DNA of 64,000 nucleotides from Eledone cirrhosa (Eukaryota), in NCBI GenBank assembly GCA_964016885.1, contig OZ024758.1, forward strand, positions 14,198,001 to 14,262,000, read 5' to 3'. A program made the position numbers and the translations under genes. The notes beneath the pieces were generated by a model. That model did not search any database. It was not told where the DNA came from and saw only the letters and a list, made by a program, of their open reading frames with translations. Shown here piece by piece: positions 35,327 through 48,890 of this stretch. Position 1 is the stretch's first letter. Every line of letters begins with the position of its first letter.

Positions 35327-38300
35327 TGAAGATAGATACATAGGGAGGTAGCTTCAGATATTGTTATACTGCTGACTAGCTTGTCAACACTGTGAGAGAG
35401 GTAAGGTCAAAGACATCAAACTGCCATTTCCCAAATCTAGCCCAAAGTAATTGTTACATAATCCATGGGTTTTATTATAATGATACACACACAGTCATTA
35501 CTTCTACAAATTTATTAAGTGTCCCATGAAGCTTTTAGAGAATTATTATAATAGTTGTGACCAGAGCAGAGAAGAATGCCCCCCCCCCCCATATGTTTGA
35601 CTTTACTCTTCATCCTTCAAAGATCAATAAAGTTTAGAACTAATATCAGATGAGGGCTGATTCAATCAACTGTATCCTATCCCTACCGGAGTTGGCATTG
35701 AGCCTAGCCAAAAACAAATCAATACTCATTAATAATAGCACAATCAGTATTCCCTCCAAACAATCTGCATATTGATTATTACAGGAATAAATTTAACAGA
35801 TTGAACCATATAGATGGACAGTTGTCAAACTTCATTGCTAACCTGTTCTCTAAACTCTTTCAAAGACAATAAACATACATAAATTAACCTCTCAGACATG
35901 AATTAAGCAGGAATAGTTCAGTAAATAAGAGAAATGGTAGTGTTGTAATATTTAGTTATATATCATATTCTAAGTCCAAATACTGCCAGGACCTAATCTT
36001 CCTTTCACATATCATTGTCATCATCACTTAACCCTTTAGCATTTACATTACTCTATATTTACTGTTGTATTTTCACGGTAAACACTTTATCTCACATAAT
36101 ATCAAATCTACGAGATTTTGATATTCATTTTGAGAACAATATCTTAACATCAGTATGAGCAACCGGTTATGGCCAGTTTGAAGAGAAATAGGTGAGAGAA
36201 TTCTGGGCGGATACAGCAAGTTTAAATGCTAAAGGGTTAAACCGTTTAACTGGCTGCTGATATTTATGTTAAGGCATTTTTCTCAAAATAAATAGTATCA
36301 ATATCGCGTAGATTTGATGTGAGATATTTATGTGAAATAAAGTGTTTACCATGAAAATACAAAAGTAAATATAGAGTAATGTAAATGCTAAAGGGCTAAC
36401 GTCGGTTTTTTCCCCTGCTTCCAAGGATTGGACAGGTTGTCGGAGACCAAGTCAATACTTAATCAGAACTGCTGACCTCTCTGATGGGCCAGGTACCCAC
36501 ATTCAGCTTATGTTCCAGTACCTTACAGAATGGGTCGGCATCAGGAATGGCAATTGACTCATTCAACCCATACAAACATAGAAAAGCAGATATAAAAACA
36601 TAAATGATGATACATTTTATGTTTATATACAGCCAGGACTAAAGTTTTTTTTTTCTTCATACTACTGGTTAATAACACAAATACTGGTAATGAACCGGTT
36701 TTGATTCAATGAACTATAACATATCCTTAATACACAAGTTAAAAATCAATATATTATCTACCTCAGGGACAGAAATATAAAAAAACAGAGTGTGAGCTTT
36801 TTCTTAGTGTATCAAAATTTATTACTAAAAAAATAATATTGACAAATGGCAGGACTGTGTGGTTTAGAAGTTTTCTTCAAAACCACATGATTTCAGGTTC
36901 ACTCCAACAGTGTGGCACTTTTGGGTAAGTGTCTGCTACTTTACCCTAAAGTAGACCAATGCCTTGTGAGGGAAATTTGGCAGACAGAAACTGCAAAAGC
37001 CTTTTATGTGTGTGTTTGTGTGTTGATGTCTCATTCAACAAAATAGAGGGCTTGAAATATAAAAAAAAGACAGAGGTTGATGTGATCGACTATATCTCCT
37101 TAATGAGGTGACCCAGCATGGCCGCAGTTTAAAGACTGAAATAAGTAAAAGAATGTCAAGAGAAAGCACCATTTGCTGCTGGTTAATTGATGTTATGGCA
37201 ATGTTTAGTGGAAATGTGCTGATTAGCTTTGGCCTAGATCACAGATAATGGTTAATGGTTCCCCTTAATGTTTCCCTTTGATAGTGAAATGGGAAGTTGT
37301 TAGGGAAGAGATGGAAAATAAATAGAAGAAATTTTTACAGATGTCTACATGATAAAATAATTTTTTTTTAAATGGTGGAGAGGTGTAGAAGAGGACAAGT
37401 ATATAGAGAAAATTAACCATAATAGTCTAAGAAAGGTGTCTAGAGTAATGTTATGATAAAAATTATAGAGAAAATATAGACAGAACCATATATTTATGTT
37501 GGCAACACTATTATAAGATGTTTAATTAAGATCTGATAGTTGATTTTAAATTACTTCCCTGTGCAAGATTACCACCACTCCATCAAGTGCCATGGTTTCT
37601 GTCATGTCTGTTAATTCGCTTGTTTTTGCCATTAATTCAGAGAAACTACGAAGTTAGGGAGTAGAGTGTTTTTTGTTTGCAACCACATGGTATTGTGGTA
37701 CCTTTGTGGAACCTTTGGCATGTATCTTCCACTATAGCTGAGCTGATCAATGCCTTATAAGTGAATTTGGTTGTATATATATATATATATATTTGTTTTG
37801 AAACAGCGAACTAAGTTTGAAATTTAGTATAAATAGAAGCTATCGCTGTATTTTTCACTAAAGAAATTTTAGTCTGACAGTGAGGTTTTAAAACCCTCCT
37901 TTTCCATTTTTTAAAGGGTTTTAAAACCTCACTATCAGGCTAAAATTTCTTCAGTAAAAAAATACGGTGAAAGCTATTTCTACTAAATATGTGTGTGTGT
38001 GTGTGTGCGTGTGTGTGTGTACCTGCACATTCATGTGCTTGTTTATTTTCTTCACAGTGATATTTGTTTATGTTACACATAAACAGAGATCCCACTCCTT
38101 ATCAATTAGATGGGTTATTAGCATGAGAAAGGGCGTCCACCCATAGAATTCTACCTCAAAAATGTTCATTCAACCCATGCTAGCATGGAAGAACAAGTGA
38201 GAACAATGATGATGATGAAGTAGAACAACAAAAAGTGTTGATTTACTAGCAAGTTGTGATGATATTAAATATATGGCAGCTGAACTCTATTGAAGCCAGT

Positions 38301-38359
38301 TATATGAAAAGCATAATCAATTGTGTTAAATACAAAATGTAATAGAAATTATGTTGAGA

Positions 38360-39480
38360 GAAGGTGAGGTAGATGCTATGATAATTACCTGCTTAGATAA
38401 TCAGGTAATGCAGGATGTTGTTATCTCCAATGACTAGTGTATTGTCATTGTCAATTGGTACAAGGGCAAAGCAGATGTACTGAAGAAAAGCAATTATAGA
38501 AGACTTAAACTGGTGGAGCAAGTCTTGAAAGTAGCTGAGATTTAGCAAGGATGATACAAGATTAACTAGGATACGATGCAGTTTGGGGTACCACATATGT
38601 CCTATTTCTAGTGAAACAATTGTATGGAACAAGCAACTACTTCACATTTGTTAATTTGGAGAAAACTTCAACTGAGTTCTACACTTCTTGGTCTAGTGAG
38701 TGCTAAGAAAAATTGTGTAAATGAATGACTTGTATTCAGTGCCACTTGGACTAGAAGCACGTGCCATGAGTGTCACTTGGACTCGGAGCACGTTCTATTA
38801 AAGTCAAATTAGCCTCGTCGGAGAGTGAAAAAAGAAACTCCTTCAGATATATGATCTGTCTGATTATCATGAGTGAGAACACTATGGTGGGTGGATCATT
38901 AAACCATTTATATAAATTATTAGGCCCATAGGTAAAAAGACAGTGCTGGGCAGTGATGTAATTTCACTGCTTGCCATAGGCGCTGTTTTCCCTAGTTATG
39001 CCCTTGCTGGTGTTAACTGTTCCAGCAATATATTTTGCAAAAGGGTTAGACTTAGCAGTAAATTTACCAGAGATCTTTTTACTGTATCCTATTATTTATT
39101 ATAGTTCTTAACCTTTTAGTATTTTAACCGGCCATATCTAGCCAGAATTCTGTCACCTCCTTATGTTCAAATCAGCTGTAACTGGCCACTCATACTGATG
39201 TTAAGGTATTGTTCTCAAAATAAATAATATCAAAATCTCACATATTCAATATTATGTGAGGTAATTATGTGAGATAAATCCTTTACCCTGAAAATACAAT
39301 AGTAAATATAGAGCAATGTAAATGCTAAAGGGTTAAGGTACAACATGAGAAACAGATGTCTTTAGGAAGTTCTATATGCTGATGACCTGAATATTGAGCA
39401 GCAGAAAAAGTTCCAGACCTGGGTTAATGATCTAAAGATTGGCCAAATGCCTAAAAGTTATCATGGGAAAAAGATAGCGT
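38360..39480 (+). mobile_element. Old RTE-type RT remnant, interrupted by later insertions
   Basis: IVNWYKGKADVLKKSNYRRLKLVEQVLKVAE at about 38445-38540 resembles the RTE IVPIYKGKGD..NYRGIKLLEH.MK segment; YADD (tatgctgatgac) at about 39375. Confidence 0.5.
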
Positions 39481-39483
39481 TTA

Positions 39484-40545
39484 TATAATAATAATAATAT
39501 AATAATAATAATGAAATTATTGTGTACAGTGCTCAGGTGCACTACAACTCATCAAAGGTGCATGTATAGTACATAGAATAATGTACAAATGTCAGGAAAA
39601 TAAACAGTGTATGAGTCATGATATAATAACAATAACGAAATATTGTGCACAGTGCCCAGGTGCACCACAACTCATCAAAAAAGTGCATGTACAGTACATA
39701 GGGCAATGCACAAACATCAGTAAAATGAACAGTGCACGAGTCATGATACACACATGTGTGCATGTGTATGGAAGGGGTACATCAGGTGTAGTTTTGGCGT
39801 ATTTTGGGAAGCATGAGTGTCTTAAAGGATGCAGTGTCTCGGCAGCTAACAATTGACGCAGGCAGTTTGTTCCATGCTTCAGCAACTCTGAGCGTGAAAA
39901 AATGTCTGCGAAAGTCATGGGAGCTGTGCTGTTTTCTTATCTTGTAGGCATGTCCACGTGTGTTAGACACATGGAGATCAAAGAGGCGCTCAGGGTTGCA
40001 GTTGGCGAGATGGTTAAAAACTTTGTGGGTATTCACCAAGTCCATTGCCAGACGTCAGAGCTTCAATGAATCCATGCCCAGGGAAGCAAGGCGTTCAGAG
40101 TATGGTAGGTGTCTGATGGAGGGTATGCGCTTGGTTGCACGTCTCTGAACAGTTTCCAGGAGGTCAATGTTCCGAGCAAGATAGGGGTTCCAGACTGATG
40201 ATGCGAATTCCAAGTGTGGTCGCACCATAGCTGTATACAGTTTTAAATAGATGGCTGGAGAGCGGCTAACAAAGGTCTTGCTGAGTGATGCCAAGACACC
40301 CTCGGCCTTCTTGACAATCTTAGAGACATGCTTTGTCCAACGCAAATCGTTGCTGACAGTAATGCCCAGGTCACGTTCACAAGAGGACTTTTTGATGTCA
40401 GTGTTGTGGAGGGAGTATGTGGACGCTGGATTTTTCCTTCCAAAATGCATGGTGGTACACTTGTCCACAGCCAGCTTCAGTTGCCAGTCTGTGATCCATT
40501 GCTGCATTGTGTCCAGGTCTGATTGTAGGAAAGAGTTGTAAATTT
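39484..40545 (-). mobile_element. 5'-truncated CR1-clade LINE (C-terminal part of ORF2, 3' UTR and (TAA/ATT)n tail), containing a stop codon
   Basis: LQSDLDTMQQWITDWQLKLAVDKCTTMHFG...ERDLGITVS...YTAMVRPHLEFASSVWNPY...VQRRATK...TRGHAYK...FFTLRVAEAWNKLP, typical of CR1/L2-group ORF2 ends. Confidence 0.9.
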
Positions 40546-43402
40546 CAGGATCAGTTAGTGTCACCATCATCATTGTTCAATGCTAGCATGGGTTAGGTAA
40601 GATGTTTTGAGGCAGTGTCCCTAGAGCCCTGATGCCCACCCCAAAACAAACCCATATTTGTAAGTATGGTATATACTGTTCATCTTCGTCGAAATGCCAC
40701 ATTGTTGAGGAGTGTTATCATGTAAAACAACCCCAGTTCTTATTTTACTGACCACAAATATATAAAGTGCTGTAAGTCTACAAGTTATATTTATCTGACA
40801 CCATATTACTTAAGCCACTTTACTGCCGTTCTTTGTCACATATATAATAATAGCAAATGGCTCTTAACTTTGGCACAAAGCCACAATTCTGTATGGATGG
40901 GATGAAGTCAATTACCATCAGCCTCATTACATACCTAGTAAGATGAATGAAAGATAATAATGAGCTTGGAAAAACTAAAACAAAGAATGTGATCAGACAC
41001 TCTATATTTTGTTACTCTTCTGTCTACAATAATTTCTGACTCGGGCACAAGGCCAGAAATGGTCTTATTCCACTTTTGCACAGTCACTTTCTACTCATAA
41101 GGTTTGGGTTGACTCGGGGCTATGATAAAAGACAACCCAAGATTCCACACTGGGATTGAACCTGGAATCTCATGATTGTGTAGTAAACTTTCACCAGTCA
41201 GCCATGCCTACATCCTCCTTAAATATCAAGCTAATCTAATGTTATCTAACTATTGCCACACCATACTGTAGTTTATATTTTAGCCAGCAATGTTACACCA
41301 TGTATTTCTATCTATTGGTTGCAAATACAAACATTGACTAGTTATAAAAACAATATTGCCAGGAGCTCACTCCCTTTTTTCTTTTTCTAGATTACTCTAG
41401 ATTAGGGGAAACCCTTTCCCCACATGTGAAATTTTGCCTATATTCAAATTTGAAACTAAGTCACTAAAAAAACCAATGTGATAAAATTGTTTAAACTTTA
41501 AGATCAAAGCATATGTTGCATACCTAATAACCCATTATATATTTCAATACAGATGCACTCCTAGTTTTTTAAGCACTAGCAATTCACCCCTCTGTTTAAA
41601 AAGTTTCCCCACCCTTGATCTAGATAGATAAGTAAGATACTGATATGTCAATATTATTTTTAATGTTTAATCCCCAAGTCAACTCTGATCAAGTAGATGT
41701 ATGGTTAATACTGTTCTATACATGATCATCCAGGTAGTGTATCTAGGTGGGACTATATTAGCCAATGTATCCATGAGGGAAATTTGACTGCCATTTCTAG
41801 CAGGTTAATTAACCACGTAGAGATTTCTAGGTAGGACTATATTAGCCAATGTATTCTTCCCTTTTGAAAACAGCAGTGTGATGAGGGAAATTTGGCTGCC
41901 ATTTCTAGCAGGGCAATTAATCACCTAGAGGTTTCCTCATTGGTTCATGTTAATATAATTTTCTAAAAAGGTGGTGGTCTGTTAGAATCGTAAGAATGTC
42001 AGACAAAATGTCTTGCAGTATTTAGCTACATCCTATTATGTTCTCAGATTAAATCTCACCAATATAGACACTGCTTTTATTCTTCTGCTGTCAAACTAAA
42101 GTACTAGTCAAATACTGGGATTAATATAAATTACTATATCCACACCCTAAATTTATGGCCTTCTAACAATGTTAGAACTCTATATTATTTACTCAGTGAT
42201 CTTAAATTTACTCCAATGGTAGGATACCTCACATTATTTAGATTCTTTCTGTTGGAGTTGGCTTTGCTTTCATACCACATTGGTTTATATATAAAATTAA
42301 AAGTACCAGTAATACACTGAGATTGATACAGTAAGCTATATGACTTCTTTACAAAGGAGCTCCCAATCTTCTTTGTTCCATTTACACTGTGGCAACTTTT
42401 TGAAAGTAAATTTACCTCCACTGTATTTGACTCAGTAACTTGAGTCTACATTTCTACCATAATACAGCAACTAACAAAGGAGATATTTAAAAATACTGTT
42501 TTTAATAATTATTACTTTAGGTTCAAATAACACTATTAGTACAAAACAATATTATTTTACTTACTTATGAACAGCTACTGATACTAGGACTAAATACAAT
42601 CAGGCAATATGAATACATCGATTAATGAAACTTGTACATATCATTAAGTCCAAAATGGTAGATAGTAAAAAAATTAGTATTTTAATAAATACAATAAACC
42701 TACTCAAGTTTTCTTCTCAATTTCAGATTTAAGGGAAAAAAAAATTTTATAATTAAAAAAAAATGTACAAATCCAGAATCAGCAAAAATCTACCCCAGAT
42801 TGTGAACTCATACTATATTTATTCTCAAGATGGTTAGAATCATCATCATCACCATCACCATTTAGCATCCATTTTTCCATGCTTGTGGGTTAGACGGGTT
42901 GTCCACGCCGGGAGGCAAGTCTGGCTAGAGTTGACCATGTCGCACCTTGCTCCAGTGAGGACTGTAAATTTGGCTGGGTATTTTACAGCTGGATGCCCTT
43001 CCTAACATCAACCACATTTACAATGATTGTGTAAAACCAGGTTATTGAGGGAGATCTTAACAACAAGACAATCATCAAACCTAAGTGCAGTTTGAACTGC
43101 TTTCCAACACAATTATAACATAGTATTTAATAATAAAAATGTTGAAGGAAAGTATATCTCACAAATAAGTAGACTAATCAGATATAACTAGAATTATGCT
43201 ATTGTGTAGAATAGAGGTTTCGAAAATGTGTCACTGATAATCTCTAGGTGTGTTGCAAAATGACATCAAATCTGATCAATTTATTTTACAAATAATTGGC
43301 TGTGAAGTATATTTTATTTAGATTTGATGACTCTGCATGACACATGAAAAATAATTATCTATTTATAAAGCAAGTGTTTGTTTTGAAGACAGTAAGCAAA
43401 GT

Positions 43403-43671
43403 TTGAAATTTAGTAGAAATAGAAGCTTTTGCTGTATTTTGACTAAAGAAATTAGCCTGACAGTGGGGATTTCAAAACTTAAAATGGAAAAGGATGAGTA
43501 TTGACGTACAAGAGAGTCGAACCCACATCTTTAGATAATCAAAGATAAGCGTTTGACTCCTATGTACGTCAATAGCCATCCTTTTTCATTTTAGAGGGTT
43601 TTAAAAACCCCACTATCAGACTAATTTCTTTAGTTAAAATACAGCGAAAGCTTGTTTCTACTAAATTTCAA
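43403..43671. mobile_element. Fold-back element: imperfect palindrome with ~130-bp arms (internally deleted relative at 37822-37988)
   Basis: ttgaaatttagtagaaa...tattgacgtaca pairs with tgtacgtcaata...tttctactaaatttcaa. Confidence 0.8.
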
Positions 43672-46026
43672 TTATCTATTTATTAATTCCATGCTGCTAA
43701 CAAAACCTAATATGTCATAAAAAAAATATTTTTTTAAAATGTGTTGCCTGCGTAAAAAGTTTAGAAATCTCTGGGGTGGAGAGAACTGTCAAACGCATGA
43801 CTGGATGAGAGAGGAACTAAAGAGAAGGAAATAAAGCCATTAAATTATCATTTCAATAGAACACTCTAAATTTTATCTACATGGTTTCTGCTCACACCTG
43901 TTACCCATAACAATGTGTTAATCTATGTCATGCTACCTATATTACCAGTAAGAAAAAGAATTCATATTGAAAAGCTTTTAGAATTTTTTCTTTGTACCAT
44001 TGTTTAGGCACTGGATACCATGAGCAGACAGAACAGCTGGAGGTCATTGATGTTGCAGAAGTTTTAGTCCCAGGGGAGCCCTGAACCAGCACGCCTATGA
44101 TTAAAGACATTCCATTTATGATTACATCTTACTTTCAGGCCTACACCATCTATCTGGGATTACATAACCATTATTTTATGATTGCTATCCACGTTGGCAT
44201 GGATAGCAATGGATGTTAGTTTGAGACTAGACAGGTTAGAGAACCATGTCTCACATATATTTCATTTTACACTTCCTAGTGCCAACCTCATTAGAGTGGT
44301 ATTAGAAAGAGCTTTTCAATATCTATTTATTCAATGTGAAAGCACATGGCTTTGTGGTTAGGGTATTTGGCTTACAATCATATGGTTGTGAGTTTGATTC
44401 CTGGCAGTGTGTTGTGTCCTTGAGCAAGACACTTTATTTCACGTTGCTCTAGTCCACTCAGCTGGCAAAAGTGAGTTATACCTGTAATTCGAATGTCCAG
44501 CCTAGTCACATTCTGTCACACTGAATCTCCCTGAGAACTATGTTAAGTGTACGCCTGTTTGTGGAATGCTCAGTCACTTGCACGTTAATTAATTTCGTGA
44601 GCATGCTGTTCCGTTGATCGGATCAACTGGAACACTCATCATCTTAACCAACAATATGCTCTTAAGATGGTAGAGTGGTAGTTTGAAGGACACTTCACTG
44701 CTATTTCTAACAAGTCAAACAACTGTTTAATAGCTGACACTGCTCTTGATGATAAACTAGTTTAGGGCACAACTAAAACACAGAACTTAATTTATAAGTC
44801 ATAAATAATCATGTTATACTTTCAGAGAATAAGATTTATTAGTCTTAGTATAAGCTACCTGTAACATTTTAATCACCAGTAGCAATGATTAAGACTGCAC
44901 ACTAACAGTACACAAAAGACAGAGAGTCACTAGCACTAAACAGGTTAACCTTTTTTTCATAGCTAAATAGTTTAAACAGTACAAAGCAAGTGTTGTTGAT
45001 TAATATAATTGTGATTACAAGCAGCAGTTAGTTGTACTGAGCCAAAAATAAAGACAAACTCACATATCTTCATGTTAAGAGTAATATATCACAGACAATC
45101 CCAGAAAATTGACAGGAGAGTAGGGAACAAAAAGACACAAGAAAAAGTAAAAATCTAACAAAGGTAGTACTGGGAGCAGGTGGGGGGGCAAGAGCTCAGT
45201 TCAAAATCTCAACTACTTTGTTAAAGACATAATTGCTTCTTCTACTTTTGGCACAAGGCCAGGAATAACCCAGTACATTACTGGTACTTTATTTTATCGA
45301 CCCCGTAAGGAAAAGGCAAAGTTAACCATGGCGCGATTTGAACTCAGAATGGCAAGGGGCGTAACTATGCCAATCCACCATAATGTACACACATTACTAG
45401 GTATCAATTCTTCTCTATTTATAAACATTTCTCGCCATTGTTATTCTCACCTTATGACAATTTGGGAGAGGACCAATTATAGTGAGGGGGTGTCCTTTAA
45501 ATAAAAAGGGCCCATGTTAGGGAAAAGTTTGGAAACCACTGTTATATAAAATATAAAAATACATTTAAATATTGTTCTGAAGGTGTGTAGCCTAGTGGTA
45601 AGGGTGTTGGACCTATGATCATAATGTCATGGGTCTGATTCCTGGACTGGGTTGTGAGTTGTGTTCTTAAGTAAAACACTTCATTTCACATTGCTCCACT
45701 ATGCTCAGCTGTAAATGAGTACCAGCAACAGCTGGGAGTTTAACCCTACAATGGATTGGCGTCATGTCCAGGGGGAGTCTTGTACTCTCAGTCGCTTCAA
45801 GCCATGAAACTGGGATAAGCACTGGCCTGACAGCCTCCTGGCTTGAGACAGACTTTAGTTTGTGAGCAAGCTATTCAGATACCTATGCACTTGTTTTTGA
45901 GTTCAATTTTCAAATCAAAATCAGGGACCACCATTGAATACTCTAATTATTAATTGTTACTGGGAAAAAAAATAGGAACAACAATCATCAATACTATTCA
46001 TGAATATGGTAGTGTTATCTTTAAAG

Positions 46027-46216
46027 CAGTGGTTCCCCCCGAAGTGGGTTCCACGGAACACAAGGGTTATGCAAAGGAGTGCCTGAGGTTCCAAGAAAAA
46101 AAAGGTACAGGAGTATATTTATACTATGACCATATAACAGTATTAGACTTTGGGGTTCTCGCAAAAGTTTCTGAGCCAAAAAGGGTTCCGCGTTTGAAAA
46201 AATTTGGGAAACGCCG
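46027..46216. mobile_element. hAT (Charlie-like) MITE
   Basis: cagtggttccc...gggaaacgccg ends; 8-bp TSD ctttaaag/ctttaatg. Confidence 0.7.
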
Positions 46217-48041
46217 CTTTAATGTATTGAAGTCATTTCAAATTTCTGCTCTTCTTCTCATTTCTAGGTATTAATTAGATTTACATAGGTAGCAAATTGG
46301 CAGAATCATTAAGGTGTGGAATAGAATGTTCCAACTTGCTGCATTCTGGGGTTCAAATCCTGCCATGGTCAACTTCGCCTTTTATCAATAAATGAACAAC
46401 TAGTCAGCCACTGGGTTGATTCTTCATTCTGTATTTCTCTCTTTCTGAATCAGCTATGTTGTACCATGAGAAGGCCTGTGGGAGACCATTTACAACATCC
46501 TTTTCTCCAGAGATGGAGAAGGGTTGAACAAGAGGAAGGCAACCTCTACTCATAGAAAATTCATTTACTATTAAAAATTTCCAAGGATTTGTCCAACTCA
46601 TACCAACATGGAAAATTAGATGTAAAAACAATAGAAAAAAAATCAAAGCCATATATTTATTGCAACCAGTTTTTTTTTTTAAAGGTTTTTAGGCATAAAA
46701 TAATGTACATACATTCCAAACAAGTTAATTTATCAAAGAAGCCAGTTTACGTTTTCAATTTGTATAATTATTTGAAATATCTTGTTTATCGAGTTTGTTA
46801 AGTAAAAGTTAAATTCATTATCATTGCTTTCATCACCACCACCAGTATAATTATAATTACTCATATTTTTATATCACATATGCCTTAGTGATTAAGGTGT
46901 TTAGCTCACAATCATAAAGTCGTGATTTTGATTCCAGGTGGTGAATTATGTCCTTGAGCAAAACACTATTTCACATTGCTCCAGTCCATTCAGTCAGAAA
47001 AAAATGACTTACACTTGTATTTCAAAGGACCAACCTTGTCACACCGAATCTCCCTGAGAACTACATTAAAGGTGCATGTGTTTGTGGAATACTCAGCCAT
47101 TTGCCTATCAATTCCATGAGCAGGATGTCGTGAGAATTGATGAAGGTTCAACACAACACCTATTACATTTAGAGGGTTAACTAGAGCTATAAAATTATAT
47201 TTCCAACTGAAGTAGTCCAAGATAACATCCACTTGGTAATTCTAACCTGACTATAATGTAACATCAAAGTAAGCAGAAAAAGGAACAAAAGAAAATAGCT
47301 TAATAGTCTGAAATATACCTCTCACATTCTATTTAACACAGTATGTCAAAAACAGTTATTCCCATCATTATGCTATTACAAAATCACAGCTTTTTTCAAT
47401 ACTTTTAAAAAAACTTTGGCTACAGTTCAACTATGTCTTCTATCTATTAATATTCCAGAATATACCTGCTTCTCATATTCTTTTTACATCACATGTTTAT
47501 ACTCTCTGAATCAGTGAAACTTAGCCTCAAGCAACATCTGATATTGTGAATTCTTTGTTTCTTTATTAATATCATGGAACTCTTTTACCTGTTCCAACCA
47601 TTGATTTGCAGGCTAAGCTTCATATTTACTTAACTTAGAACAAACCTATTGTATTCTCCTGTGAGATAAGTTGGTTTCTCCTATATTTATCAAACAAGAT
47701 TTTTCTCTAACAAAACACCATTTGTATTTGTATTTAAACCACCAATATTTACAAATATTCATTATATTTAGCCAGAAGTATTGGATCTAGTATGAAACTA
47801 ATGAAGTTTAAGGTCCAGGACCCTTACAGACTGCTATAAGAGGCCCTACAACAGCTCAAACTTCATATAGAACCTTCATTGGTAACCGTAACAAATAACC
47901 ACAAAACACGAACCATGCTTGATCACCATTAATACATGATGTATTCCAATGCTTTATATATATTTATATAGAAAAGAAGAAGAAAAATGTGAACTTCTGA
48001 CATTCCAATCTTTTCCAAGAGTAATTACAATACAACCAAAA

Positions 48042-48412
48042 TCAGACCTGTCAACTCTCCCCATTGGGTGGGGAGATCTCCCACCCACTTTGGGGTGGGT
48101 GAAAGATGTCTTCTCTTGTGAAAATGGGTATAGCTTTCATTATGTAAAATCTTCCCATTTTGCTTCATTTCTCCCCAACCTTTTTATGAACCCTAAGATG
48201 CTTGGTAGAGTTAACTTTACTGAGTAAAATACAGACCTGTCAACTCTCCCCGTCCGATGGGGAAATCTCCCACCCACTTTCCACTTTGGGGTGGGTGAAA
48301 GATGTCTTCTTTCATTACGTAAAATCTCCCTATTTTGCTTTATTTCTCCCCGTTTTGGGGCATTTTTTTTTCATGGTTCCCCCGCTTGAACTTTTAGAGG
48401 TTGGCAGGTCTG
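48042..48412. mobile_element. Two tandem copies of a MITE with CAGACCTGTCAAC/GTTGGCAGGTCTG TIRs (third copy at 50875-51039)
   Basis: The three copies share the internal ctcccacccactttggggt...cattatgtaaaatct; 13-bp TIRs are present on the 48231-48412 and 50875-51039 copies. Confidence 0.7.
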
Positions 48413-48818
48413 CGAAATGGTTCAAACTGGAAATCAAAACTATATCATAGGTTTGGCCCATCTAGAATTTATTGCAGATTGTTTGTTTTAGATAGATAAA
48501 ATGGCAGAATCAAACTGAAAAAAAAAAAATGAAAATTTTTTTTTTTTTTTTTTTAAATATATATATATATATATATATATATACAAATTGAAGGATGAGT
48601 ATTTTAAACTTTATTTTATTCTGAGTTAAGGCTCTATTGATTTTTCCCTGGATTTCACCAAATTCTGTGGATGAATCTATATCCTGATTCTTTTTGAATT
48701 GAGTTTGAATTATTTTCCCACATCTTACGTTAACTATTTTTCCATTTTGACGCTATAGTCACTTATATATTATGGAATACTGTTGGCTTCTTGCTACAAT
48801 AATTTCTATACTTTTCAT

Positions 48819-48890
<72 letters not shown>

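Noticed and set aside
40055-40573. 172-aa ORF as a host gene or active retrotransposon
   Set aside because: 5'-truncated CR1 ORF2 end with an in-frame stop; no RT catalytic core or endonuclease.
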